From Planctomycetota bacterium (GTDB taxonomy: Bacteria > Planctomycetota > B15-G4): a stretch of 64,000 nt of DNA. Where the stretch lies: assembly GCA_052387675.1 (NCBI GenBank), contig JBQTIY010000009.1, positions 141,804-205,803 of the forward strand, written 5' to 3'. The notes beneath the pieces are model-generated. The model made no database searches. It was not told the origin of the DNA and worked only from the letters and a program-made list of their open reading frames with translations. Both the position numbers and the translations under genes were made by a program. This document shows, one piece after another, positions 28,879 through 38,933 of the stretch (positions are counted from its first letter, which is position 1; every line of letters begins with the position of its first letter).

Positions 28879-31800
28879 CTAGCGGCGTGAAGGCGCCGCG
28901 GCGCGCGCCGTGCGTGCGGCGCTGGCCTCGAAGCGCTCGAGCAGCCAACGCAGCCGATCGGCCGGCTCACGCACGGCGCTCGGCCAGTTGGTGCGGACGC
29001 GGCCGGGGCTCACCGAGCCCAGTTCGCGCGCGTCGAAGGGGCCGCGCCGCGCCCAGGCGCGCTCGTCGGCCACGGTGAAAATCACGCCGCCCAGACCGTC
29101 GGCCTGCACCGAGCTGAGGCCGGCGAGGCGCACGAGGCGGCGCAGCCGGAAGAGCTCGATGAGCTGAGCGGCGGGGCGCGGCAGCCGGCCGAAGCGGTCC
29201 TGAAGTTCGGCCTCCAGCGCCTGCAGCCGCTGCGCTCCCGCGGCGGCCAGCCGGCGCAAGAGCGACATGCGCAGGCTTTCTTCGGGCACATAGTCGGCCG
29301 GCAGGAAGGCGGTGAGGCCAAGTTCCACTTCGATTTCGCCCGGCTCTTCCGGCACGCGCTCGCCCTTGGCGGTGAGCACGGCGTTGCGCAGCAGCCGGCA
29401 GTACATGTCGTAACCCACGGCCATGATGTGGCCCGACTGCTCGGCGCCCAGCAGGTTGCCGGCACCGCGCAGCTCGAGGTCGCGCAGCGCAATGGGCAGG
29501 CCGCTGCCCAGGCTGCTGAACTCCTCGATGGCCTTGAGGCGGCGCTGGGCGTCCTCGGCCAGCGGCGGATCGCGCGGCACGAGAAAGTGCGCGTAGGCCT
29601 GCACGTGCTCGCGGCCGACGCGCCCGCGCAACTGGTGCATGTCGGCCAGCCCGAAGTGGTGGCTGTCGGTGACGATGATCGTGTTGGCGCGCGGGATGTC
29701 GATGCCCGACTCAATGATGGCCGTGCAGACGAGCACGTCGAGCTCGCCGCGGGCGAAGGTCTCGATGACTTCGCGCAGCTCGTCGCTGCCCATCTGGCCG
29801 TGCGCGAGGGCGGTGCGCGCCGTAGGCACCAGCGCGCGGATGCGCGCCAGCACCGTGCCGATGCTCTGCACGCGGTTGTGCAGCACGAAGACCTGCCCGC
29901 CGCGCCCGATCTCGTGCAAGAGCGCCTGGCGCAGCGCGCCGTCCTCGTCGTAACCGACCTTGGTCAGCACCGGCCGGCGCCCCGGCGGCGGTGTCTTGAT
30001 CGTGGAGATGTCACGCAGGCCGGACATGGCCATGTGCAGCGTGCGCGGGATAGGCGTGGCCGAGAGCGTGAGCACGTCCACCGTGGCGCGGAGCTGCTTG
30101 AGGCGTTCCTTGTGCGCGACGCCGAAGCGCTGCTCCTCGTCCACGATGGCCAGGCCCATGTCGTGAAAGCGCACGTCCTTGCCCAGCAGCCGGTGCGTGC
30201 CGATGACGATGTCCACTTTGCCGACGGCGAGCTGCTCAAGCACGCGCTGCTGTTCCTTGTCGCCGCGAAAGCGTGAGAGCACTTGCAGGACCACGGCTTC
30301 CTCGGCCATGCGCCGCGAGAAAGTGTCGTAGTGCTGCTCGGCCAGGATCGTGGTGGGCACGAGCACGGCCACTTGCTTGCCGCCGGCCACGGCCTTGAAC
30401 GCCGCGCGCACGGCGATCTCGGTCTTGCCGAAGCCCACGTCACCGACGAGCAGGCGGTCCATCGGCCGCTCGCCTTCCATGTCGCGGCGCACTTCACTCC
30501 AGGCCACGGACTGGTCGGGCGTGTCCTCGTAGGGGAAGGCCGCCTCGAAGCGGCGCTGGAAATCGTCCTCGCCAGGGAACTGGAAGCCGCGCCCGCCCTG
30601 GCGGGCGGCTTGCAGCGCCAGGAGTTCGGCCGCCAAGTCGCGCACCGCGCGCGCGACTTTCTCTTTGCGATTGCGCCAGGTGCGCCCGCCGATGCGATCG
30701 AGCCGCGGCCCGCGCGCTTCGGCGCCCACGAAGCGCTCCACCAGGTCGATGCGGCTGGCCGGCACGAAGAGGCGCGTCTCCTCGGCAAACTCGAGGACCA
30801 GGAAGTCCTCCTCGCCTTGCTCGCGGGCGAGCCGCTCCAGGCCCACAAAGCGCGCGACGCCGTGCAACAGGTGCACGACGGCGTCGCCTGGATGGAGTTC
30901 GGCGAGGTTGTCCAGCGCGCGCGTGGCGAGCACACGCCGGGCGCGCGTGCGCCGCACGGGCCGGCGCCCGAGAAGTTCGTGGTGATGCACGAGCACTGGG
31001 CCGGTGCCGGGGAAAGCAAAGCCACGCGAAAGCCGGGCGACGTAGAACTCGACTGGCCCGCTGAGGCGTTCGGCGAGACGCTCGCCTTCGGCCGCCGTGT
31101 CGCCCAGCACGAGCACTTGGCGGCCTTGCTCCTGCCAGGTGGCCAGCACGTCTTCCGCCGGGCGCGGATCGCCGCCGACCGAGCGCAGCGAGAGGTCGCG
31201 TGCCGGATCTCCGAGATCGAGCGGCAAGAGATCGAGGCCCGGGCGCTCGGCGAGGGCGCTGAGCGCGGCCGTGATCTCGCGCGGCGCCAAGCCATGCTCG
31301 AAGGCCACCTCGGCGAGGCGGTCCTTGAGCCGCGGCGGGTCCAGGACGAAGACCGCAGCGTCGCTGGGGAACAGATCCACGAGACGCGCGCCTTTCGGCG
31401 CAGACGGCGCGCCGCCCAGCGGCAGCGTCACCTGGTCGACGCTGGCCACCGAGCACTGCGTCTCCACATCGAAGCGGCGCAGTTCCTCGATCTCGTCATC
31501 GAGCAGCTCCGCGCGGATCGGGTTCTCGGCGGCCCAGGGGTAGATGTCGAGAATGTCGCCGCGCAGCGACCATTCGCCGGGCGCGGCCACAAGCGGCACG
31601 CGCTGTAGGCCGGCCGCGGCGAGCTGTTCGAGCAGCGTGGCGCGGTCGGGTCTGTCGCCGCGGCGCAGCGTGAGGCCCTCGCCGCTGGGTTCGGGCAGGC
31701 GCTCAAGCAGCACCGGGCCCGGCACGACGAGCAGACCCGCGCCGGCCTCGGCCAGAAAACTCAGCGCGACGAGACGCTCGGAGCGATTGCCGGCAAGTTC

Positions 31801-32106
31801 AGGGCCATCGGCCAGGCCCTCCTCCTCGACGGGCAGCAGGCGGAGCGGCAATTGCGGGAAGGCCGTGGCGAGATCCAGCAGCAGCGACTCGGCGTCCTCG
31901 GCTGTGGGAGCGAGCGCGACGCTGCGCGTGCGGCCGGTGCTGAGCAGGCCGCACACCAGCGCAGCGGAAGCGCCCCAGGCGCCGCCGAGCGTCGCGCGCG
32001 GCTCGAGCGAGATCTGTGCCAGCGCCGGCAGCCGGCCGAGCGCAGCCACAAGCGTGGCGAGGGGCGTAGCAGGGCCAGGAGTCTGGCCCTCAGCGCGCCG
32101 CGCCAT
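28879..32106 (-). CDS. mfd: Transcription-repair coupling factor Mfd
   Basis: [58 protein letters not shown]. Confidence 0.96.
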   Translation of the reverse strand: MARRAEGQTPGPATPLATLVAALGRLPALAQISLEPRATLGGAWGASAALVCGLLSTGRTRSVALAPTAEDAESLLLDLATAFPQLPLRLLPVEEEGLADGPELAGNRSERLVALSFLAEAGAGLLVVPGPVLLERLPEPSGEGLTLRRGDRPDRATLLEQLAAAGLQRVPLVAAPGEWSLRGDILDIYPWAAENPIRAELLDDEIEELRRFDVETQCSVASVDQVTLPLGGAPSAPKGARLVDLFPSDAAVFVLDPPRLKDRLAEVAFEHGLAPREITAALSALAERPGLDLLPLDLGDPARDLSLRSVGGDPRPAEDVLATWQEQGRQVLVLGDTAAEGERLAERLSGPVEFYVARLSRGFAFPGTGPVLVHHHELLGRRPVRRTRARRVLATRALDNLAELHPGDAVVHLLHGVARFVGLERLAREQGEEDFLVLEFAEETRLFVPASRIDLVERFVGAEARGPRLDRIGGRTWRNRKEKVARAVRDLAAELLALQAARQGGRGFQFPGEDDFQRRFEAAFPYEDTPDQSVAWSEVRRDMEGERPMDRLLVGDVGFGKTEIAVRAAFKAVAGGKQVAVLVPTTILAEQHYDTFSRRMAEEAVVLQVLSRFRGDKEQQRVLEQLAVGKVDIVIGTHRLLGKDVRFHDMGLAIVDEEQRFGVAHKERLKQLRATVDVLTLSATPIPRTLHMAMSGLRDISTIKTPPPGRRPVLTKVGYDEDGALRQALLHEIGRGGQVFVLHNRVQSIGTVLARIRALVPTARTALAHGQMGSDELREVIETFARGELDVLVCTAIIESGIDIPRANTIIVTDSHHFGLADMHQLRGRVGREHVQAYAHFLVPRDPPLAEDAQRRLKAIEEFSSLGSGLPIALRDLELRGAGNLLGAEQSGHIMAVGYDMYCRLLRNAVLTAKGERVPEEPGEIEVELGLTAFLPADYVPEESLRMSLLRRLAAAGAQRLQALEAELQDRFGRLPRPAAQLIELFRLRRLVRLAGLSSVQADGLGGVIFTVADERAWARRGPFDARELGSVSPGRVRTNWPSAVREPADRLRWLLERFEASAARTARAAAPSRR

Positions 32107-34087
32107 CAGCGGCTCCGGGCGGATTGCCGTCTTCAGGGAGCCATGTTTCGGGATCGGCCTCGGGATCAGGGTCGGCGTCGTGCGGGGGCGAGGAGTCTCC
32201 GAGCGCCTCGGAGCGCAAGCGCAGGAGCGCGAGGCGCGCCGCGCGCTGCTCGGCCTGGCGCTTGTTCTTGCCACTGGCCACCGCGAGCTCGCGGTTCCCG
32301 ATCATGGCCGCAACGCGAAAGACCTTGGCGTGATCGGGGCCCTCCTCGCTCAGCACGCGGTACTCGGGTGTCTCGCCGCTTTCGCCTTGCGTGAAGTGCT
32401 GCAGCGCGGACTTGTGATTGCCGTGCCGGCGCCGGTCGGAGGCGGCCTCGATGAGCGGACCGAAGTCGGACTGCACGATGCGGGCCACGGCCGGCAAGCC
32501 GCCGTCGAGGAAGACCGCGCCCAGCACGGCTTCCACGGCGTCCGCCACGATGGAGTCCGGCACTTCGCCGGCCGTGCGCACGCTGGCATTCATGGTGAGC
32601 AGGTCCACCAGGCCCCAGCCTTCGGCGACGCGGCGCAGGGCGTGGCGGCTCACGACCGCGCCGCGGATGCGGGAGAGTTCGCCCTCATCGCGGTCGGTGA
32701 AGCGCTGATACAGGTCGCGTGCCACGCAGAGGCCCAGCACGGAGTCGCCCAGGTACTCCAGGCGCTCGTTGGGCGCACGCACATCGCTGCGCGCTGAGGC
32801 GTGCGTCAAGGCCGTTCCGGCCAGGCGCTTGTCGTGGAAGCGATAGCCGATGTGCTGTTCGAGCTGTGCGACCCGGGCTTCGGATTCTGCAGCGCTCTGG
32901 GCGTCCAACGCGGGCGCCGTGTGCACGGAGCGTGCCTGAGCCAGGCGCCGCGACTCCTCCATGGCGAAGCGGTCGGTCATGCCGGCCACGTAGTCGCAGA
33001 CCGTGCGGCCCAGGCCCTCGGCCTCACGGCGGCCGCGATAGTCGGCCGGCAGTTCGTCCGGATGCGCGTGGTAGTGCTCCACGATCACGGCGATGGCTTC
33101 GCGCGCCGTAGCGGCCGAGCGGAGCACGCGCGGATGCCGGTAGAAACGCTCGAGCAGAAAGGCGCCGAGCTGGCGGTGCTGGCTGCCGCGTTCGGCTGAG
33201 AAGCTCACCAGCCGCGCGGCCTGCTGCATGACGTCGCTGGCCTCGCGTGCCGTCGTGGCCTCGAGCAAACGCTGCGAGTGGGAGACGATGTCATGCAGCG
33301 AGGCCTTGAGGATGCGGCTGAGCAGGTCTTTGCGGCGCGCGCCCGCGGAGCGACTGCCCGCACGGCCGGCAGGCTTTGGTTGGGCCGGCTCCTCGGCCAG
33401 CACGCAGCGCCAGATCTCCAACTCGGCCAGTTCCGGTTCGGAGAGGATCCCGGCGCGCAGCCCGTCCTCAAGATCGTGGTGCTGATACGCAGTGGAGTCG
33501 GCGAGATCGGTGGCTTGCGCTTCAAGCACAAGGCCCGGCGTGGCTGGCGCGCCGCGCCCCGCTTCGCCGCCGTGCTTGAGGATCGAGCGGCGCAGCACCT
33601 GCGTGAGGTTCAATCCCTGCCGGTCGGGATAGGGTGACTCGAGCACGTCCACAATGCGCAGCGCCTGCGCGTTGTGGTTGAAACTGACGCCGGCGCGTTC
33701 GCCCAGAATGCGTTCACCCTCGTGGCCGAAGGGCGGATGCCCGATGTCATGCACGAGCGCGAGAGCCTCGCCAAGAGACTCATTCAGGCGCAGCGCCGAG
33801 CACAGGAAACGCGCCATCTGCGCCACCTCGAGCGTGTGCGTCAGGCGCGTCCGATAGAAGTCGCCCTCGTCGATGACAAAGACCTGCGTCTTGTCCTTGA
33901 GGCGCCGAAACGCGCCGCAGTGCACGATCCGGTCGCGGTCACGGACGAAGGCCGTGCGGTACGGATCGGGGGCCTCCGGTTCGGGCCGGGCACCGTGCTG
34001 GTCCGAAAAGCAGGCCAACGGCGAGAGCCACTCGTGCTCTCGCCGTTCGGCCTCTTGGCGGGTCGCGACTGAGGATTTCGAGGCCAC
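32090..34087 (-). CDS. Fusion of HD-family dGTP triphosphohydrolase (N-terminal) and ribonuclease III with dsRBD (C-terminal)
   Basis: RDRDRI, KTQVF, RTRLTH, HDIGHPPFGH, DYVAGMTD; then ALTHAS, NERLEYLGD, ADAVEAVLGA, KSALQ, GPDH, KRQAEQRAA; single reading frame. Confidence 0.9.
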   Translation of the reverse strand: MASKSSVATRQEAERREHEWLSPLACFSDQHGARPEPEAPDPYRTAFVRDRDRIVHCGAFRRLKDKTQVFVIDEGDFYRTRLTHTLEVAQMARFLCSALRLNESLGEALALVHDIGHPPFGHEGERILGERAGVSFNHNAQALRIVDVLESPYPDRQGLNLTQVLRRSILKHGGEAGRGAPATPGLVLEAQATDLADSTAYQHHDLEDGLRAGILSEPELAELEIWRCVLAEEPAQPKPAGRAGSRSAGARRKDLLSRILKASLHDIVSHSQRLLEATTAREASDVMQQAARLVSFSAERGSQHRQLGAFLLERFYRHPRVLRSAATAREAIAVIVEHYHAHPDELPADYRGRREAEGLGRTVCDYVAGMTDRFAMEESRRLAQARSVHTAPALDAQSAAESEARVAQLEQHIGYRFHDKRLAGTALTHASARSDVRAPNERLEYLGDSVLGLCVARDLYQRFTDRDEGELSRIRGAVVSRHALRRVAEGWGLVDLLTMNASVRTAGEVPDSIVADAVEAVLGAVFLDGGLPAVARIVQSDFGPLIEAASDRRRHGNHKSALQHFTQGESGETPEYRVLSEEGPDHAKVFRVAAMIGNRELAVASGKNKRQAEQRAARLALLRLRSEALGDSSPPHDADPDPEADPETWLPEDGNPPGAADGAAR

Positions 34088-34116
34088 CGGGGGCCCAGCT
34101 TACGCGAGGGCCTCGC

Positions 34117-34767
34117 TTAGAGCGCCTTGGCGTGCTCCTTCAGGTAGCTGGCCACGCCATCCTTGCTGGCCTTCATGCCCTTCTTGCCGGGGGCCCAACC
34201 GGCCGGGCAGACCTCACCGTTCTTGGTGTGGAAGTCGAGGGCGTCGACCATGCGCAGCATCTCGTCGATGTTGCGGCCGAGCGGCAGGTCGTTGACGACC
34301 TGGTGGCGCACGATGCCCTTGGAGTCGATCAAGAAGGAGCCGCGCAGGGCCACGCCGCCGCCGACCACGTGGGTCTTGCCGTCGCGGTCGATGATGCGAT
34401 TGGCGCCGAGCAGCACGTCATAGGCCGCCGCGATGCTCTTGGTCAGGTCGGCGACGAGCGGGTAGTTCAGCTTGCCCACGCCGCCGGCCTCGACAGCGGT
34501 GTTCGTCCAGGCCATGTGCGTGAAGTGGCTGTCGATCGAGCAGCCGATGACCTGCGTGTTGCGGGTCTGGAACTCCTTGGCCCGGTTGTGAAAGGCCAGC
34601 AGCTCCGAGGGGCACACGAAGGTGAAGTCGAGCGGATAGAAGAAGAGCACCACGTTCTTGCCGCGGAAGTCGCTCAGCTTGAAGTCGGCCTTGAAGGAGC
34701 CGTCAGGCATGAGGGCGGTGGCGGTGAAGTCGGGCGCTTCCTTGGTCACGAGCACGGACATGGTCAT
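34117..34767 (-). CDS. ahpC: Typical 2-Cys peroxiredoxin (AhpC/Prx1)
   Basis: FYPLDFTFVCP, GRNIDE, GEVCPAGW. Confidence 0.93.
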   Translation of the reverse strand: MTMSVLVTKEAPDFTATALMPDGSFKADFKLSDFRGKNVVLFFYPLDFTFVCPSELLAFHNRAKEFQTRNTQVIGCSIDSHFTHMAWTNTAVEAGGVGKLNYPLVADLTKSIAAAYDVLLGANRIIDRDGKTHVVGGGVALRGSFLIDSKGIVRHQVVNDLPLGRNIDEMLRMVDALDFHTKNGEVCPAGWAPGKKGMKASKDGVASYLKEHAKAL

Positions 34768-34839
34768 CTCCGGATCTTGGGGTGTGAGTGTGAGAGCCCG
34801 GTCAGCCAGGCGATAAGCGAGTGGTCGGTGCGAGCTGGC

Positions 34840-35331
34840 TCAGGCGGACTTGGGAGCCTCGCCCTCGAACTGCTGGTGCGCGAGCCAGTGTTCCAGACCC
34901 AGCGTCTGGATTTTCTGGAGCTGCGTCTCGAGCCAGTCGATGTGCTCCTCCTCGTTCACCAGGATGTGCTCGAAGAGTTCACGCGAACCGTGGTCCTTGA
35001 GCGCGAAGGCGGTGTCGAGCGAGGCGCGCAGGACCTCCATGGCGCGATGCTCCAGCGCCAGGTCGGCAGCCAGCATGCTCTTCACGTCCTTGCCGATGAC
35101 CACCTTTTCGTAGCTGGTCATGTTCGGCTGGCCGTCCAGGTACAGCATGCGATCGATGATCTGGTCGGCGTGGCGCATCTCGTCCATGGACTCATCCCAC
35201 TCAAAGCGCGCCAAGCGCAGGTAGCCCCAGCTCTTGGCCATCTTCGAGTGAAGGAAGTACTGATTGATGCCGGTCAGCTCCATGGTGAGCACGGCTTGCA
35301 GCGCAGCAAGGATCTTGGGGTCCGCCTTCAT
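34840..35331 (-). CDS. bfr: Bacterioferritin
   Basis: ELTGINQYFLH, ESMDEMRHAD (heme Met), EEEHIDWLETQL. Confidence 0.95.
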   Translation of the reverse strand: MKADPKILAALQAVLTMELTGINQYFLHSKMAKSWGYLRLARFEWDESMDEMRHADQIIDRMLYLDGQPNMTSYEKVVIGKDVKSMLAADLALEHRAMEVLRASLDTAFALKDHGSRELFEHILVNEEEHIDWLETQLQKIQTLGLEHWLAHQQFEGEAPKSA

Positions 35332-35496
35332 GCTGTTTGCATAGCATGGCGGGCGCGGTGGCTGCAAACGCGCCGCGCGGTCGACGCGGTACGGCCGCAC
35401 TGAGCGTGCCCCCTTCAACGCGACAGGGGCGCGGCCCCCTTGGCGGGAACCGCGCCCCTGGCATGCGAAGTCTGGCGCAATCGCCAGACCGGCAGG

Positions 35497-35745
35497 TCAG
35501 CCGTTCGGCTTCTCGGCCGTGCCCGTGCAAGCCTTCTGCTCGCCGGCGCACTCCTTCTTGGCGGCCTCGCAGGCTGCCTTCTTCTCGGCCGTGCACTCAG
35601 TCGTCTGCTTGCAGCAGTCGGCGGCCTTGGCGTTCGCGTCGAAGCCGACCGACGACTCCTCGGCGACGGAGGTGCGCGTGGCGCAGGCCGTGAACACGAG
35701 GGCGAGGGCGAGGCTGGACGTGCTGAGGATCTTGCGCAGGTTCAT
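35497..35745 (-). CDS. Small Cys/Lys/Glu-rich predicted lipoprotein
   Basis: Signal peptide with lipobox FTAC; six further Cys; GGAG upstream; strongly GC3-biased codons. Confidence 0.75.
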   Translation of the reverse strand: MNLRKILSTSSLALALVFTACATRTSVAEESSVGFDANAKAADCCKQTTECTAEKKAACEAAKKECAGEQKACTGTAEKPNG

Positions 35746-35993
35746 TCGGAAACTCCGGGGTTGGGGTGAGGGGGGACGATTCTAGCAAGCTTGGCCGGCC
35801 GAGTCTGCCCAGGCCAAGTCTGCCCACGAGGACGAAGCCGTCGCCGCAGGCGCCGGAGGTTACGGTGGGCGCGTGTCGGCGTGAGACTTGACCTGTGGGG
35901 AGGAACGGCCTTCCGGCGGGGGAGTGCTCGCTCCACAGGCATTTGCCAAGCATGCACTCGCCAAGCACGCACTCTCCGGAGGGGCCAGGCCCG

Positions 35994-37226
35994 ATGAGTC
36001 CAAGTGGAACGCAGCTCGACTCCGAGGCGCTGAGCCGGCATTGGGCTCTCGACCCGACCATCTGCTTCCTAAACCACGGCTCCTACGGAGCCTGCCCCAA
36101 GCCCGTGCTGGCGGCGCAGGCCGAGTGGCGGGCACGACTGGAGAGCGAGCCGGTGCGCTTCATGGCACGCGAGCTCGATCCGGCGCTGGACCAGGCGCGC
36201 GCTGAACTGGCCGCCTTTGTGGGAGCGGAAGCCGACGATCTCGTCTTCGTCACGAATGCAACGACGGGTGTGAACACGGTGCTGCGCTCGCTGCGCCTTG
36301 CCCCCGGCGACGAACTCCTGGTGACCGATCACGGCTACGGCGCCTGCCGCAACGCTGCAGAGGAGGTTGCGCGCGCTGCGGGTGCCCGGGTCGTGTGCGT
36401 GCCGGTGCCCTTTCCCCTGCAAAATGCGGCCGAGGTTGAGGCGGCCGTGTTGGCGGGCGTCAGCGCTCGCACGCGACTGGCCCTGCTCGACCACGTCACC
36501 AGTCCCACGGGGCTTGTGTTTCCCATTGAGCGGCTCGTGCCGGCGCTGCGCGCCCGCGGAGTCGAGACTCTGGTGGATGGTGCGCATGCTCTCGGCATGT
36601 TGCCGCTGAACTTGCGCGGCTTGGCGCCCACGTACTACACAGCCAACGCGCACAAGTGGCTGTGCACGCCACGCGGCGTGGCGTTTCTTTATGTTGCTCG
36701 CGAGCGGCAAGCCGACGTACGTCCTTTGGTCATGAGTCACGGCGCTCGCGGCCGCACGGACCGTTCGCGCTTTCAACTCGAGTTCGGCTGGACCGGCACG
36801 GAGGACCCCACCGGCCGGCTCTGCGTTCCAGCGGCCTTGAAGTTTCTGGGCGGTCTCTTCCCGGGCGGCTGGCCCCAGCTCATGGCGACCAATCGTGAAC
36901 TCGCCCTGAGCGGGCGGACAATCCTGTGTGAAGTACTGGGCATTTCAGCGCCGGCGCCGGCCGAGATGCTGGGTGCCTTGGCCGCGGTGCCCTTGCCTCC
37001 TGGGCCTTCGGAACCGCCGACCGCTCCACCCTGGGTTGAGGCTCTGCAGGCCCGCCTCTGGGAGCCGCATCGCATCGAAGTGCCGGTCTTTCCTTGGCCG
37101 AAGCGACCTAGCCGCTTGCTGAGAATCTCCGCGCAGGTCTACAACGGCGTTGCGGATTATCGCCGGCTCGCTGTGGCGCTTCGCCAAGAATTGGCGGCGG
37201 AGCCTTCGGCTGTGCGCGCCCGGTAA
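35994..37226 (+). CDS. Class V PLP enzyme (isopenicillin N epimerase / cysteine lyase-like)
   Basis: FLNHGSYGA, NATTG, DHVTSPTG, VDGAH, NAHKW, RISAQVYN. Confidence 0.88.
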   Translation: MSPSGTQLDSEALSRHWALDPTICFLNHGSYGACPKPVLAAQAEWRARLESEPVRFMARELDPALDQARAELAAFVGAEADDLVFVTNATTGVNTVLRSLRLAPGDELLVTDHGYGACRNAAEEVARAAGARVVCVPVPFPLQNAAEVEAAVLAGVSARTRLALLDHVTSPTGLVFPIERLVPALRARGVETLVDGAHALGMLPLNLRGLAPTYYTANAHKWLCTPRGVAFLYVARERQADVRPLVMSHGARGRTDRSRFQLEFGWTGTEDPTGRLCVPAALKFLGGLFPGGWPQLMATNRELALSGRTILCEVLGISAPAPAEMLGALAAVPLPPGPSEPPTAPPWVEALQARLWEPHRIEVPVFPWPKRPSRLLRISAQVYNGVADYRRLAVALRQELAAEPSAVRAR

Positions 37227-37346
37227 ATCGGGACCCTCGGTTATCCTGACCGAGCCTCCCCGAACCCCTCCTCCGTCGCCTCCGTCGCTCCTCCCGAGGT
37301 TCGGTCAGGCCGTGCTGGCCGTTCCCGAAACAGCGGGCCAGCGGAG

Positions 37347-38102
37347 GTGAGCCGAGACGTGGAACCGTCCGGACTGCATCAGCGTCTTCTGGGCTTGCCC
37401 GGGGCCGAAGCTCTGTCGCCACTTGGCCGCTTCGATCCTGGCAATGACCTGCATCTCGACGCCGCGGCGACGCTGCTCATCGAGCGTTTCCATCGCGAGA
37501 ATGACGCCGAAGCGCTGGCCCTGCTGTACGAGTTGTGCCATCAGCGGCTACACGACATTGCTCGGCTCGTGCGGAGGCAGTTGGCCGTGGCCGTGGACCC
37601 CGAGGACCTTGTGGCGAGCTTCATGACCCGGCTCTTCGTGGACGTGCGCCGTCCGCAGCCCAAGGTCCGGCATTTCCTGGGGCTGGCGCACACCGCCATG
37701 CGCAACGATGCGCGCAATCAGTTGCGGCAGGCGGCGCGGGCCACACGCCGACACATCGCCTGGCAGAGCGCCCTGCCTGGGCCATCGGAGCCGACCCGCG
37801 CTCTCGACGAGCGCGAAGAGGAAGCTGCTTGCGCCAAGCTTGGGATCCTCGTCCTGGCGCTCATTGCGCGCAGCTTCAATGCCCTGGGCGAACGTGATCG
37901 CCGCAGCCTCTTCCTACGGGATGTGGAGGGGCTCAGCTACGAGGCTCTGGCGCAGAGGCTCGCTTTGCCGGCCGACCAGGTCGGTACGATTCTGCGTCGG
38001 GCACGAACGCGCCTAGCCAAGCGGATCGGCTCGGCGCTCGACGGCTCGGTCGAGGGTCCGGATTCCCGGTCGGGTCCCCAGCAAGGGAGGGCGAGTCTAT
38101 GA
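37347..38102 (+). CDS. ECF-type RNA polymerase sigma factor
   Basis: Region 2 DPEDLV; region 4 LRDVEGLSYEALAQRL..VGTILRRARTRL. Confidence 0.75.
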   Translation: MSRDVEPSGLHQRLLGLPGAEALSPLGRFDPGNDLHLDAAATLLIERFHRENDAEALALLYELCHQRLHDIARLVRRQLAVAVDPEDLVASFMTRLFVDVRRPQPKVRHFLGLAHTAMRNDARNQLRQAARATRRHIAWQSALPGPSEPTRALDEREEEAACAKLGILVLALIARSFNALGERDRRSLFLRDVEGLSYEALAQRLALPADQVGTILRRARTRLAKRIGSALDGSVEGPDSRSGPQQGRASL

Positions 38103-38905
38103 GCGAGCCGGACCTGCTCCACGAGGCCTTGACCTATCTCACCGGTGAAGGGCGTGCGCATCCGCCGGCAGAGTTGCTGGAGCGACTCTATGGCCGCTTC
38201 CGCAGTGCGGGGCGCGACCGGCTGGCCGATCTGGTCTACGAGATGGCCAAGGCGTGTCTCGCGGCGCTGCCCGACGTCTCCGTACGGACGCTGCTGCAAG
38301 TTGAGCCGCGACGGCCGGACGTCATCTCCGGTGAACTCACCACGCTGTCGCAGTGCCTCGCGAGCGTCTCGGCGGCCGCGGATGTGACGGTGGCGGCGGG
38401 GCGTCGGCCGGCCCCGCCGGAGGCGCTCGAAGACGCGCGCAAGTGCCTGAGTGTCCTCGCAACTTTGGAGGGCGGGACCGGTCGCCAGCAACTCGGCCTG
38501 GCTCTCCTGGAAGTCCATGCCGGCCAGCCTGCCGTCGCCGAGCGAGTCTTGCGCGGCCTGCTCGCGCGCACGGGCGAAGCCCCCGAAATCCTGCGCATCG
38601 CACAAGTGAACTTGGCCTTTGCCCTCGTGCGGCAACGGCGCTTCGCCGAGGCTTTGCCGGCTGCGCAAGAGGCCGCGTCGGCGGCGCCCGACGACCCAGT
38701 GCCGTTGTTCAATCTGTTGGCGGCGGCTGCGGAACTGCGTGATCGAGAGGCCTTCGAACTCGGTGTCGCGCGCCTGCGCGAGATCCACTCGCGGGGCCAG
38801 GCGCCGCTGGTCGCGAAGTGGGTGGCGCACGATTTGCAGTTCCTCGGTGCCATCGCAGGCCTGTCGCCCGCCCGCATCGACGAATTGGCGCGGCTCGGGA
38901 GCTGA
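38099..38905 (+). CDS. TPR-like soluble protein coupled to the ECF sigma gene
   Basis: ATGA overlap; VNLAFALVRQRRFAEA, PDDPVPLFNL. Confidence 0.6.
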   Translation: MSEPDLLHEALTYLTGEGRAHPPAELLERLYGRFRSAGRDRLADLVYEMAKACLAALPDVSVRTLLQVEPRRPDVISGELTTLSQCLASVSAAADVTVAAGRRPAPPEALEDARKCLSVLATLEGGTGRQQLGLALLEVHAGQPAVAERVLRGLLARTGEAPEILRIAQVNLAFALVRQRRFAEALPAAQEAASAAPDDPVPLFNLLAAAAELRDREAFELGVARLREIHSRGQAPLVAKWVAHDLQFLGAIAGLSPARIDELARLGS

Positions 38906-38933
38906 GGCAGGCTCGGCCGGACACGGGCCGTCG

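Noticed and set aside
32106-32274. N-terminal extension of Mfd, suggesting a triple fusion with dgt-rnc
   Set aside because: Different reading frame; dgt-rnc has its own stop at 32090 and mfd plausibly starts at ATG 32106
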